Shown here: one piece after another, positions 31,832 through 40,502 of the stretch
Layout of the letters: the number at the start of each line of letters is the position of its first letter
How positions within the stretch are numbered: the first letter of the stretch is position 1
Assembly (NCBI GenBank): GCA_963716745.1
Contig: OY970320.1
Location: forward strand, 1,600,001-1,664,000
Direction: 5' to 3'
Source: an uncultured Gemmatimonadaceae bacterium
GTDB taxonomy: Bacteria; Gemmatimonadota; Gemmatimonadetes; Gemmatimonadales; Gemmatimonadaceae
DNA length: 64,000 bases
Notes under the pieces: generated by a model
The model's input: only the letters and a program-made list of their open reading frames with translations
What the model was told of the DNA's origin: nothing
Databases searched by the model: none
Program-made: the position numbers and the translations under genes

Positions 31832-33772
31832 ATGAAGTACGCAGCGACACTCGCCCTCGGCATCGCGCTCCCGCTCGGTGCTCAGAATGCGGCGATCGCA
31901 CCCAATGAGAATCTCGTCGCCGATGGATTGCCCCCGATCCCGGCGAGCATCGCGGCGGCGGCCGCGCCGTATACCGAATTCCGATCGGTAGCGCTCTGGG
32001 ACTGGCATCCCACGCGCCACCAGATGCTCATTGGCACGCGTTTCGCCGACGTGGTGCAGGCGCATGCGGTATCGATGCCGGGCGGCGAGCGGCGACAGCT
32101 CACCTTCTTCCCCGATCGCGTGCTGAGCGCGACCTACGAGCCGCGCGAGGGGAAGTATCTCATCGTGGAGCGCGACATCGGCGGCAATGAGTTCACACAG
32201 CTCTACCGTTTCGATCTCACCAGCGGCGCCGCGACGCTGCTCACCGATGGCAAGTCGCAGAACGGCGCACCGGTGTGGTCGCGCGACGGCAAGCGGATCG
32301 CGTACACGTCGTCACGGCGCAACGGGACGGACAAGGACATCTACACGATGGATCCGCTCGATCCGCACACCGACAAGATGTTGCTCCAGGTGGCCGGCGG
32401 CGGATGGCAGGTGCACGATTGGTCGCCCGACGGGAAGTGGCTGCTCGCCGAACAGGGGATCTCGGTGAACGAGTCGTATCTCTGGATCGTGAACACCGCG
32501 ACCGGCGAGAAGACCGCGCTCACGCCCAAAGGCGCGGACCTGGTCGCCTATGGCGGCGGCGAATTCAGCGCCGACGGCAAGGGCGTCTATACCACCACCG
32601 ACCTCGGCAGCGAGTTCAATCACCTCGCGTACATCGCGATCGCCGGCGCGAAGCAGACGGCGATCACGAACGAACCATGGGACGTGGAGGAGTTCGCGCT
32701 GTCGCGCGACGGCCGCATGTTGGCCTATGTCGTGAACGCCGACGGTGTGAGCCAGTTGCACGTAATGGACGTGCACGCCAGGAAGGCGATCCACATCCCG
32801 AGCCCGCCCACCGGGGTCATCGGCGGCCTCGCATGGCATCGCGATTCACATTTGCTCGGATTCGCGCTCAACTCATCGCGCGCGCCCTCGGATGCGTACG
32901 TGCTCGACCCGTCGGGCAAACAGCCGACGATCACGCGCTGGACGTTCAGCGAAACGGGCGGCGTGGACCTCTCGGCGATGCCGGAACCGCAGCTGGTGAA
33001 ATGGAAATCGTGGGACGGGCGCATGATCTCGGGCTTCCTCTACATGCCGCCCGCAAGGTTCACCGGCAAGCGCCCGGTGATCGTGAACATCCACGGCGGA
33101 CCCGAAGGACAATCGCGTCCGACGTTCCTGGGGCGCAACAACTATTTCGTGAACGAGCTCGGCATCGCGATGCTGTACCCCAACGTGCGAGGATCGACCG
33201 GCTTCGGGAAACAGTTCGCGCTGCTGGACAACGGGGTGCTGCGCGAGGGGACGTACAAGGACATCAACGCGCTATTCGACTGGATCGGCGCGAACGCATC
33301 GCTCGACGCTTCGAAAGTGCTCGTGACCGGCGGCAGCTACGGCGGCCACATGACGCTCGCCGTGGCGACGTACTACTCCGACCGCATCTGTTGCTCCGTG
33401 GACGTGGTCGGGATATCGAATCTCGTCACGTTCCTCGAGCACACCGAGAGCTACCGCCGCGATCTGCGCCGAGCGGAGTACGGCGACGAGCGTGACAGCA
33501 CGATCCGCGCGTTCATGGAGCGCACCGCGCCGCTCAACAACGCGCAGAAGATCACGAAGCCGCTCTTCATCGTCGCGGGCTTCAACGATCCGCGCGTCCC
33601 GTACACGGAAGCCGAACAAATGGTGGCCGCGGCAAGAAAGAACGGCGTGCCCGTGTGGTACTTACTCGGCAAGAACGAGGGACACGGATTCGCGAAGAAG
33701 GCGAATGCGGATTTCCAGTTCTATGCCACTGTAGAGTTCATCAGGAAATTCCTTCTCCAGGCTCCTGACTAA
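31832..33772 (+). CDS. Secreted S9-family peptidase (beta-propeller + alpha/beta hydrolase)
   Basis: Signal peptide; IHGGPE, PNVRGSTGFG, GGSYGG (Ser), NDPRV (Asp), EGHGF (His). Confidence 0.93.
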   Translation: MKYAATLALGIALPLGAQNAAIAPNENLVADGLPPIPASIAAAAAPYTEFRSVALWDWHPTRHQMLIGTRFADVVQAHAVSMPGGERRQLTFFPDRVLSATYEPREGKYLIVERDIGGNEFTQLYRFDLTSGAATLLTDGKSQNGAPVWSRDGKRIAYTSSRRNGTDKDIYTMDPLDPHTDKMLLQVAGGGWQVHDWSPDGKWLLAEQGISVNESYLWIVNTATGEKTALTPKGADLVAYGGGEFSADGKGVYTTTDLGSEFNHLAYIAIAGAKQTAITNEPWDVEEFALSRDGRMLAYVVNADGVSQLHVMDVHARKAIHIPSPPTGVIGGLAWHRDSHLLGFALNSSRAPSDAYVLDPSGKQPTITRWTFSETGGVDLSAMPEPQLVKWKSWDGRMISGFLYMPPARFTGKRPVIVNIHGGPEGQSRPTFLGRNNYFVNELGIAMLYPNVRGSTGFGKQFALLDNGVLREGTYKDINALFDWIGANASLDASKVLVTGGSYGGHMTLAVATYYSDRICCSVDVVGISNLVTFLEHTESYRRDLRRAEYGDERDSTIRAFMERTAPLNNAQKITKPLFIVAGFNDPRVPYTEAEQMVAAARKNGVPVWYLLGKNEGHGFAKKANADFQFYATVEFIRKFLLQAPD

Positions 33773-33774
33773 CG

Positions 33775-33858
33775 GCCGGGAACCGGTTTCCGGGAACCGG
33801 TGATGCATGACAACTTATTTTGTTATGCCTCACCGGTTCCCGGAAACCGGTTCCCGGC
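33775..33858. repeat. 84-bp near-perfect palindrome between convergent genes
   Basis: Perfect 29-bp arms GCCGGGAACCGGTTTCCGGGAACCGGTGA and its reverse complement, plus about 10 further imperfect pairs and a 6-nt loop. Confidence 0.9.
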
Positions 33859-33863
33859 AGTTA

Positions 33864-34673
33864 TTAGAAGAGCGAGATCTGCTCCCCAAGTTCCGTCGGC
33901 TCGATCGGGCGCTGACCGAGCAGCCGTTGCAGCTGCCTCGCGCTGTACGGCGAATGTCCCGCGAAGTGGTTATTCACGAACCCACTCACCGCGGTCACCT
34001 TCTGGATCAAGAGAAGGATCGCCGCGCTCCATTCCTCGAGCTCGGCCGTGCGGTCGTGCTGGATGCGTGAGTAGTCCACGATCTCGCGGTTCGGCCCCAT
34101 CCAGCGCAGGTACGCGAAGTCGGCCGTGGGGCGCGCGGCGAGTGCGAGCATCGTCTTGCGCGGGATCCAGCGCGCGTCGGTGAGCGCGAGCGCGACGTTG
34201 TGATCGGCGAGGGTCTGCATCACGGTATCGTTGATCCAGCCGCGCTGGCGGAACTCCACGGCGAATCGCGCGTCGGCGGGCAGCCGGTCCAGGAATTGCG
34301 CGAGCGCCGGAAGTTCGGTGGGCGCGAAGTCGGGGCCGAGTTGGATGAGCACGGGTCCGAGCTTAGGGCCGAGCACATGCGCGCGGTCGAGGAACAATTC
34401 GAGCTGATCGTCCACATCCCGCAGGCGCCGCTCGTGCGTGATCTCCTGCGGCATCTTGAGCGCGAAGCTGAAATGCGCCGGCGTTCGGTCGGCCCAACCG
34501 CGCACGGTCTTCTCGGCGGGGATCGCGTAGAACGTCGAGTCCACTTCCACCGTGTCGAACGCGCGCGCGTAGAGTGTGAGGAAATCGGCGGCGCGTGTGC
34601 CGTCCGGATAGAACGGCCCCACCCACGCGTCGTAGTTCCAGCCCTGGGTGCCGAGGTGGATCTTGCCGGACAT
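33864..34673 (-). CDS. DUF72 (YecE-like) protein
   Basis: LGTQGWNY…WVGPFYP, VEVDSTFY, ITHE, AVEFR, FVNNH. Confidence 0.9.
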   Translation of the reverse strand: MSGKIHLGTQGWNYDAWVGPFYPDGTRAADFLTLYARAFDTVEVDSTFYAIPAEKTVRGWADRTPAHFSFALKMPQEITHERRLRDVDDQLELFLDRAHVLGPKLGPVLIQLGPDFAPTELPALAQFLDRLPADARFAVEFRQRGWINDTVMQTLADHNVALALTDARWIPRKTMLALAARPTADFAYLRWMGPNREIVDYSRIQHDRTAELEEWSAAILLLIQKVTAVSGFVNNHFAGHSPYSARQLQRLLGQRPIEPTELGEQISLF

Positions 34674-34675
34674 GA

Positions 34676-35359
34676 TCAGTCCGCGCGCTCCACGAGCACG
34701 GTGCCCGCGAGCTCGGCGCCGATCACCTGCTCTTTGGCTCCCACTTTCAAGCGCAGCGGCCCGCCGTACGGCGCGCGTTCCAGGAGCTGCACGCGCGCGC
34801 CGGGCGTGAGGCCGAGCGAGCCGAGATAGCGCAGCCGCGCCGCATCCTCATCGCTCACTTCCACGATGCGCCCGCGTTCGCGCGGCGCGAGCGCATCGAG
34901 CGCGAGCATCGGCCGCTCGGCGATCTTCCCTTCGCGCGTCGGGATCGGCGCGCCGTGTGGATCCGTCGCGGGCTCTCCGATCGCGGTGGCCATGCGGTCC
35001 ACGAGTTCGTCGCTCGCGGCGTGCTCGAGACGTTCGGCCTCGTCGTGCACGCGATCCCACGAGAATCCCAGCGCGCGCGTGAGATACGCTTCGATCACGC
35101 GATGGCGGCGGATCGTGCGGAGCGCCACGCGGCGGCCGGCGGCGGTGAGGCGCACGCCGCGGTAGCGCTCGTGCGTGAGGAGCCGCTGCTTGGCGAGGCG
35201 TCGGATCATGCCGCTCACCGATGCGGGCGCGATCGCGAGACGCTGCGCGATCTCGTTCGTGCCCGCGGCATTGCCCAAGCGCTCGAGTTCGTAGATCGCC
35301 TTGAGATAATCCTCCACCGGCGCGGTATACGCGCCGGCCGCCCGCGGGCCGGCGTTCAC
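34676..35359 (-). CDS. mntR: DtxR/MntR-family metal-dependent regulator with FeoA-like domain
   Basis: VEDYLKAIY, ASVSGMI, RRHRVIEAYL, HDEAERLEH, DPHGAPIP. Confidence 0.9.
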   Translation of the reverse strand: MNAGPRAAGAYTAPVEDYLKAIYELERLGNAAGTNEIAQRLAIAPASVSGMIRRLAKQRLLTHERYRGVRLTAAGRRVALRTIRRHRVIEAYLTRALGFSWDRVHDEAERLEHAASDELVDRMATAIGEPATDPHGAPIPTREGKIAERPMLALDALAPRERGRIVEVSDEDAARLRYLGSLGLTPGARVQLLERAPYGGPLRLKVGAKEQVIGAELAGTVLVERAD

Positions 35360-35808
35360 TTGGCGGCCCAGATCGCGTGCGAGTCCGCCGAGCCGCGCAC
35401 GAGCAGCACCGGGATCGTGCAGCGGTGGCGCACCGACTCGGCGACACTGCCGAAGAGCAGGTCCTTGAAAAAGCGGTGGCCATGCGTGCTCATCGCGATG
35501 AGATCGCAATGTTCGCGCTCGGCGGCGGCGATGATCTCCGTGACGGGATCGCCGCCCGCGAGAATCGAATCCACCTTGAAGCCCGCAGCCTCCAGGAAAT
35601 TCGTCATGCGCTTGAGGTACTCGCGGTCCGCGCGCAGCTCCTCGCTCTCGCGCAACTCGAGCTGCTTCATGTTGCGGGCAGCGAAGCCGTCGGCGACGTG
35701 GATGAGCAGGATCGCGGCGCCGGACGCGTGCGCGAGCCGCGCCACGTGCGCGAGGATCGCATCGTCATACGGAGAGTTCTCGAGCGGAACGAGGATGCGC
35801 GAGTACAT
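35356..35808 (-). CDS. Universal stress protein
   Basis: MYSRILVPL…GDP…DLIAMSTHG…GSVAESV…PVLLVR. Confidence 0.9.
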   Translation of the reverse strand: MYSRILVPLENSPYDDAILAHVARLAHASGAAILLIHVADGFAARNMKQLELRESEELRADREYLKRMTNFLEAAGFKVDSILAGGDPVTEIIAAAEREHCDLIAMSTHGHRFFKDLLFGSVAESVRHRCTIPVLLVRGSADSHAIWAAK

Positions 35809-35816
35809 GCCTGCCG

Positions 35817-37187
35817 TCACCCGAAGAAGATCTGGAGGAGCAGCCATACGTTCAATCCGGCGATGCCGAACGCAACGAGATACGAGAGCCATTTCATCCA
35901 GCCGGCGTTCACGAACTCCCCCATCTTGGCGCGATCCGACGTGAAGCGCACGAGGGGGAAGACGGCGAAGGAAAGCTGTGCGCTGAGCACCACTTGACTG
36001 AGCACGAGCAGCTTGGCGGTCCCACTCTCGCCGTAGAGCGCGGCGACGATCACCGCCGGCACGATCGCGATGCCCCGCGTGATCATCCGGCGCAGCCAGG
36101 GGCGAAGCCGGAGGTTCAGGAACCCCTCCATGACGATCTGCCCGGCGAGCGTTCCCGTCAATGTCGAGTTGAGGCCCGACGCGAGCAGCGCGAGCGCGAA
36201 CACAGTGCTGGCGGCGGCCGCGCCGAGGAGCGGCGAGAGCAACTGGTACGCCTGCTGGATCTCCGCCACATCGTGCATTCCGGCGCGGTGGAACGTCGCG
36301 GCCGCCACGACGAGAATGGCGCCATTGATGAACAGCGCGAAGGTGAGCGCGACCGTGGAATCGAGGAACGCGAACCGCACGGCTTCGCGCTTCCCCGCCG
36401 CGGTCTCCTCGTACTTCCGCGTCTGCACGATCGAGGAATGCAGATAGAGATTGTGCGGCATGACCGTGGCGCCGAGGATGCCCATCGCGATGTAGAGCAT
36501 CTGCGGATTGCGCACGATGACGGCCTGCGGCACCAGACCGCCCAACACACCGGCGAGTTCCGGGCGCGCCACAATGAGTTCGAAGAGGAACGCGCAGCCG
36601 ATCGTTGCGATGAGTCCGACCACCATCGCCTCCAGCAGGCGGTAGCCGCGGTGCTGGAGCCAGAGCACGATGAGCACGTCGAGCGCGGTGAGCAGCACGC
36701 CGGCGACGAGCGGAACGTGGAAGAGGAGATTGAGCGCGATCGCGGCGCCGATCACCTCGGCGAGGTCGCACGCAGCGATCGCGAACTCGCAGATGACCCA
36801 GAGGAACCAGACCACCGGGCGTGGATAGTGATCGCGGCACGCCTGTGCGAGATCGCGGCCGGTGACGATGCCGAGCCTCGAGGAGAGGCCCTGGAGCAAT
36901 ACGGCGAGCAGATTCGACAGCAGCACCACCGAGAGCAGCGTGTAGCCGAACGCGGATCCGCCGGCGAGGTCGGTCGCCCAATTGCCGGGATCCATGTAGC
37001 CGACGGCCACGAGGTATCCGGGCCCGGCGAAAGCGAACGCCTTCCGCCACCACGACGTCTGCGGCACGACGACCGTGCGATACGCCTCGGCGAGACTGGG
37101 CGCGAGCCGCGGGCGCCGCCACCCGAGTTCGGGGCGCGGTTCTTGGTGCGGTGTTGGATCGCGGTTCGGAGCCGGTGCGGATTCCAT
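35817..37187 (-). CDS. mntH: Nramp divalent metal transporter
   Basis: YMDPGNW and [10 protein letters not shown] signature motifs; AGQIVMEGF. Confidence 0.95.
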   Translation of the reverse strand: MESAPAPNRDPTPHQEPRPELGWRRPRLAPSLAEAYRTVVVPQTSWWRKAFAFAGPGYLVAVGYMDPGNWATDLAGGSAFGYTLLSVVLLSNLLAVLLQGLSSRLGIVTGRDLAQACRDHYPRPVVWFLWVICEFAIAACDLAEVIGAAIALNLLFHVPLVAGVLLTALDVLIVLWLQHRGYRLLEAMVVGLIATIGCAFLFELIVARPELAGVLGGLVPQAVIVRNPQMLYIAMGILGATVMPHNLYLHSSIVQTRKYEETAAGKREAVRFAFLDSTVALTFALFINGAILVVAAATFHRAGMHDVAEIQQAYQLLSPLLGAAAASTVFALALLASGLNSTLTGTLAGQIVMEGFLNLRLRPWLRRMITRGIAIVPAVIVAALYGESGTAKLLVLSQVVLSAQLSFAVFPLVRFTSDRAKMGEFVNAGWMKWLSYLVAFGIAGLNVWLLLQIFFG

Positions 37188-37217
37188 GCGCGGGGAAGCT
37201 ATGCGAGCCTAGGAAAG

Positions 37218-37237
37218 AATTTAGCCTCTCCTAACTT
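37218..37237 (-). promoter_or_regulatory. Putative MntR/DtxR operator
   Basis: Imperfect palindrome AAGTTAG-GAGAGG-CTAAATT 30 nt upstream of mntH, resembling TTAG…CTAA DtxR-family boxes. Confidence 0.7.
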
Positions 37238-37259
37238 ACGCACGACTCGGTACGCACGC
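37238..37259. repeat. Solo partial copy of the 37-bp repeat from the 12-kb array
   Basis: ACGCACGACTCGGTACGCACGC versus array ACGCACGACTCGGTACTCACGC (21/22). Confidence 0.8.
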
Positions 37260-37270
37260 AACATTGCAGT

Positions 37271-37594
37271 CTATCGAATTCCTTCCCTCCCGCGCCGCAG
37301 CCATTCGATCAACTCGGGATCATCGGCCACCGCGGCGTCGGGCACCACGAGCCACGTGCTCATCGGCCGCTCGCCGTCCGGCGCGAACGCCGTGATGCCA
37401 GGCTCGGCGAGGAGCGCCGCGTATTCGCTCGCCGGGACCTTCACGAGGAGCCCTTCCCCCCACACGATCACGAATGTTTTCTTTCCCAGCAGGAAGCCGC
37501 GTCCGCCGAAGACGTTCTTCTGGCGGGCGCTCCGTTCGCCAATGCGTTCGAGCGCGTCGGCGACGCGGGCGGCGAGTCCGTGGTCATACGCCAT
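37271..37594 (-). CDS. TfoX/Sxy N-terminal domain protein
   Basis: MAYDHGLAARV…KNVFGGRGFLL…LLVKV…RPMSTW. Confidence 0.8.
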   Translation of the reverse strand: MAYDHGLAARVADALERIGERSARQKNVFGGRGFLLGKKTFVIVWGEGLLVKVPASEYAALLAEPGITAFAPDGERPMSTWLVVPDAAVADDPELIEWLRRGREGIR

Positions 37595-37620
37595 CGTGCC
37601 CCCTCGAGCCGGGACCGGTC

Positions 37621-38184
37621 ATGCTCGCTAAGCTGCAGCGACGATTCGACGCGATCGAGACGCGACGTCTCGTGCTCCTCGAGGACCTCGCCGCACTCAC
37701 GCCGGCGCAGCGCGCGTTCCGCCCGATGCCCACCGCCTGGTGCCTCACCGATGTCGCGCAGCATCTCGCGCTCGTGGACGGCCGCACCACGCGCGCGCTC
37801 ACCGAACGACGCGTGTCCGGTGTCACGCGCCGCCGCGCCGTCGACGTGGTGTTCTGGATGCGCGTGCTCGACCTGATCTGGATCACCAATGTTCGCGTGA
37901 AGATGCCGGTGAAGGGCGTCGCGCCCGACCCCGCCGTGACACTCGACGATGCGGCGGCCCGCTGGGCGAACTCTCGCGCCGCCCTGCGCGCGTACCTCGA
38001 GACGATCGACGAAGCCGCCTCACGCGCGCTCGTCAACAAGCACCCCGTGGGCGGCTACATGGACATCTCCGAGACGCTGCGTTTCCTCGAGAAGCATCAC
38101 GATCATCACCTGCATCAGGTGGCGCGCCTCAAGCGGTCGCGGGAGTTCCCCACGACGGATCGAGCCGCTTCAGGAACTGCGTGA
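37621..38184 (+). CDS. DinB/YfiT-family protein
   Basis: FRPMPTAWCLTDVAQHL…HP…HHDHHLHQV. Confidence 0.8.
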   Translation: MLAKLQRRFDAIETRRLVLLEDLAALTPAQRAFRPMPTAWCLTDVAQHLALVDGRTTRALTERRVSGVTRRRAVDVVFWMRVLDLIWITNVRVKMPVKGVAPDPAVTLDDAAARWANSRAALRAYLETIDEAASRALVNKHPVGGYMDISETLRFLEKHHDHHLHQVARLKRSREFPTTDRAASGTA

Positions 38185-38770
38185 GGATCCGCTCGGTGAG
38201 CCCCCACACCACATTGCCCTCGTAAACGAATCCCGGGAAATCGCGACGCATCCCGCGGATCTCGATCGTCACCGCGCTCCATGAGCGCGCGTCGCGCAAC
38301 ACGTCCAACGGCACCCAGAAGACGCCGCTCACCTCCGCGCTGAGCGTTACCTGCATCGGCCCTGCCAGCACGGCCACGTACGGTGCGATCGCGATCGCCG
38401 GCAGCACCGGACTGCTCGGCTGCAACTCGTCCAGCCGCCCCAAAATGCGCCCGTGGGCCGCGAGATCGATGCCCGTCTCCTCACGTGTCTCGCGCACGGC
38501 CGTCTCGACGAGCGACGCGTCGCCCGGCTCGCGGCGGCCGCCGGGCAGCGCTACCTGCCCGCTCCATGGATCGCCCGCGAACTCGGCGCGCCGGATAAGC
38601 AAGAACTCGAGCGCGCCCGCGCCGGTGATGCGGATGATGAGCGCGACCGCCGCGCGTCGCAGGGGATCCGACAGCCCGAGTTGCTCGCCGGGCCGCTCCA
38701 CGAGCGACAATGCGAGACGCAGGACGAGCGGATGGGAGAGCACGCCCGCGAGCGACGAGCCTTGCTCCAC
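38129..38770 (-). CDS. Nudix hydrolase (CoA pyrophosphatase-like)
   Basis: WSGQVALPGGRREPGDASLVETAVRETREETG Nudix box; VWGLT. Confidence 0.9.
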   Translation of the reverse strand: MEQGSSLAGVLSHPLVLRLALSLVERPGEQLGLSDPLRRAAVALIIRITGAGALEFLLIRRAEFAGDPWSGQVALPGGRREPGDASLVETAVRETREETGIDLAAHGRILGRLDELQPSSPVLPAIAIAPYVAVLAGPMQVTLSAEVSGVFWVPLDVLRDARSWSAVTIEIRGMRRDFPGFVYEGNVVWGLTERILTQFLKRLDPSWGTPATA

Positions 38771-38772
38771 GC

Positions 38773-39135
38773 TCAGTCGTCGTCGAGCTCGCCGCCGGCT
38801 TCCATCCAGGCCGTCACGCCGCCGGTGAGCGAGTGCACGCGCGCGTAGCCCATCGCGCGAAGTTGGTCGGTGGCCAACACCGAGCGATTCCCCTTGTTGC
38901 AGTACACGATCACGTCGCGGTCGCGGGGCACGCGCGCCGCCGCTTCCGCCGCGAGCGAGCCGATCGGGATGTGCGTGGCGCCGGCAATGCGGAAGAGATT
39001 CCACTCGTTCAGCTCGCGCACATCCAGGAACAGCGCGCTGCCCGCCTCGCGCCGGCCGATCGCCTCAGCCGGCGCGATCTCGCTGATCCGCGTGCGCGCC
39101 TCCGCGACCAGATCCTCTTCGCTGCGTTCACTCAT
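38773..39135 (-). CDS. Rhodanese-like domain protein
   Basis: LDVRE, IAGA, YCNKGNRS, LTGGVTAW. Confidence 0.9.
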   Translation of the reverse strand: MSERSEEDLVAEARTRISEIAPAEAIGRREAGSALFLDVRELNEWNLFRIAGATHIPIGSLAAEAAARVPRDRDVIVYCNKGNRSVLATDQLRAMGYARVHSLTGGVTAWMEAGGELDDD

Positions 39136-39205
39136 CGTCGCTCCATCTCTCCGTGCCCGCCGAATCATAGCGCGGCGCGCGCGCGCCCGGTACTTTGAGC
39201 GCGTG

Positions 39206-40424
39206 ATGCCCGCGCTGGCCCTCGCACTCGATGCACTCCAGACGCTCGCCGCGGCGGCGGCGCAGCTCACGCTCTGGCCCGTGCTCGCGGCGCTGCCGTG
39301 GATCCTGATGCCGTTCATCATGATCGGACGGCTGAACGGCTCCCGCACGCTGGACGGCGAGAACGCCGACCCGCCGGGCGGCGCGCCGCTGCTGTCGGTG
39401 ATCATTCCCGCACGCAACGAGGCGCGCAACATCGCCCGCTGTCTCAACTGTGTGCTCGGCAGCCCCTACCGCGCGATCGAAGTCGTCGTCGTCGACGACC
39501 GCTCCGAAGATGAGACGGGGGAGATCGCGCGCCTCATCGCCGAGCGCGACCGGCGCGTGCGCGTCATCGAAGCGCCGCCATTGCCCGACGGCTGGTTCGG
39601 CAAGCAGTGGGCGTGCGAGAATGGCGCGATGGCGGCCAATGGCTCGATCCTGCTCTTTTTGGACGCCGACACCGCGCCCGGCCCCGAACTCTTCGCGCGC
39701 AGCGTGAACGCGATGCTCGCGCGGCAGCTGGACGTTCCTCACCGTGGTGGGCCGACAGGAACTGAAGACGTTCTGGGAGCGCGTGGTGCAGCCACACATC
39801 TTCGCGATGATCGCGATGCGGTTCGGCGGTCCGGGCGAGATCAACAGATCGCCGCGCGTGGCCGACAAGATCGCGAACGGCCAGTGCATGTTGCTCACCC
39901 GCAAATCGTACGAAGCGATCGGCGGCCACGCCTCGGTGCGGCGGAAACCGGCGGAGGACCTCGCGCTCGCGCAGCGCGCCTTCGCGCTGGGGCAGCGCAC
40001 CGAGATGATCGTGGGCGTGGACTATCTGGCGACGCGCATGTACACGTCGCTGCGCGAGATCGTGGATGGCTGGACCAAGAACATCTGGACCGCGTCGCCC
40101 GACGCCGCGCCAGGCGGGCGCGTGGGCGCGGCCGTGCTGCCGCTCTTGTTGCCGGTGCCGCCGCTGTTCGTGCTCGCGCCGCCGGCGTTGCTCGTGGCGC
40201 AGTTCTTCACGCCGATGAGCCCGAACGTCGCCGCGTGGGCGCTGCTCACCACCGGCGTGATGATCGTATTCTGGGCCCTCATGTACGCGGCGGTCGCGGG
40301 CTTCTCGCCGCTGTACGCGTTCGCGTTCCCGCTCGGCGCCGCCGTGGTGCTCTACATCATCCTGCGCGCCATGGTGCGTGGCCGGCGCGTACAGTGGAAA
40401 GGCCGGGCGTACGTGACGGGGTAA
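39206..40424 (+). CDS. GT2-family membrane glycosyltransferase (CrtQ/HpnB-like); frameshift ~39735
   Basis: IIPARNE, DDRSED, GWFGKQWAC, FLDAD, NGQCML, AEDLALA, RMY; C-terminal TM helices and QWKGR. Confidence 0.85.
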
Positions 40425-40502
40425 CTCTCGCCGCGCGGCGCAATGGCGCGCGGCGCAACAACTCGATGGTAGTGCCGGCTCCACCGGTGCGCAGCGTGAC
40501 GG

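Noticed and set aside
35356..37122. 588-aa USP fusion protein
   Set aside because: The upstream part is an alternative frame of mntH; the USP starts at ATG 35808.
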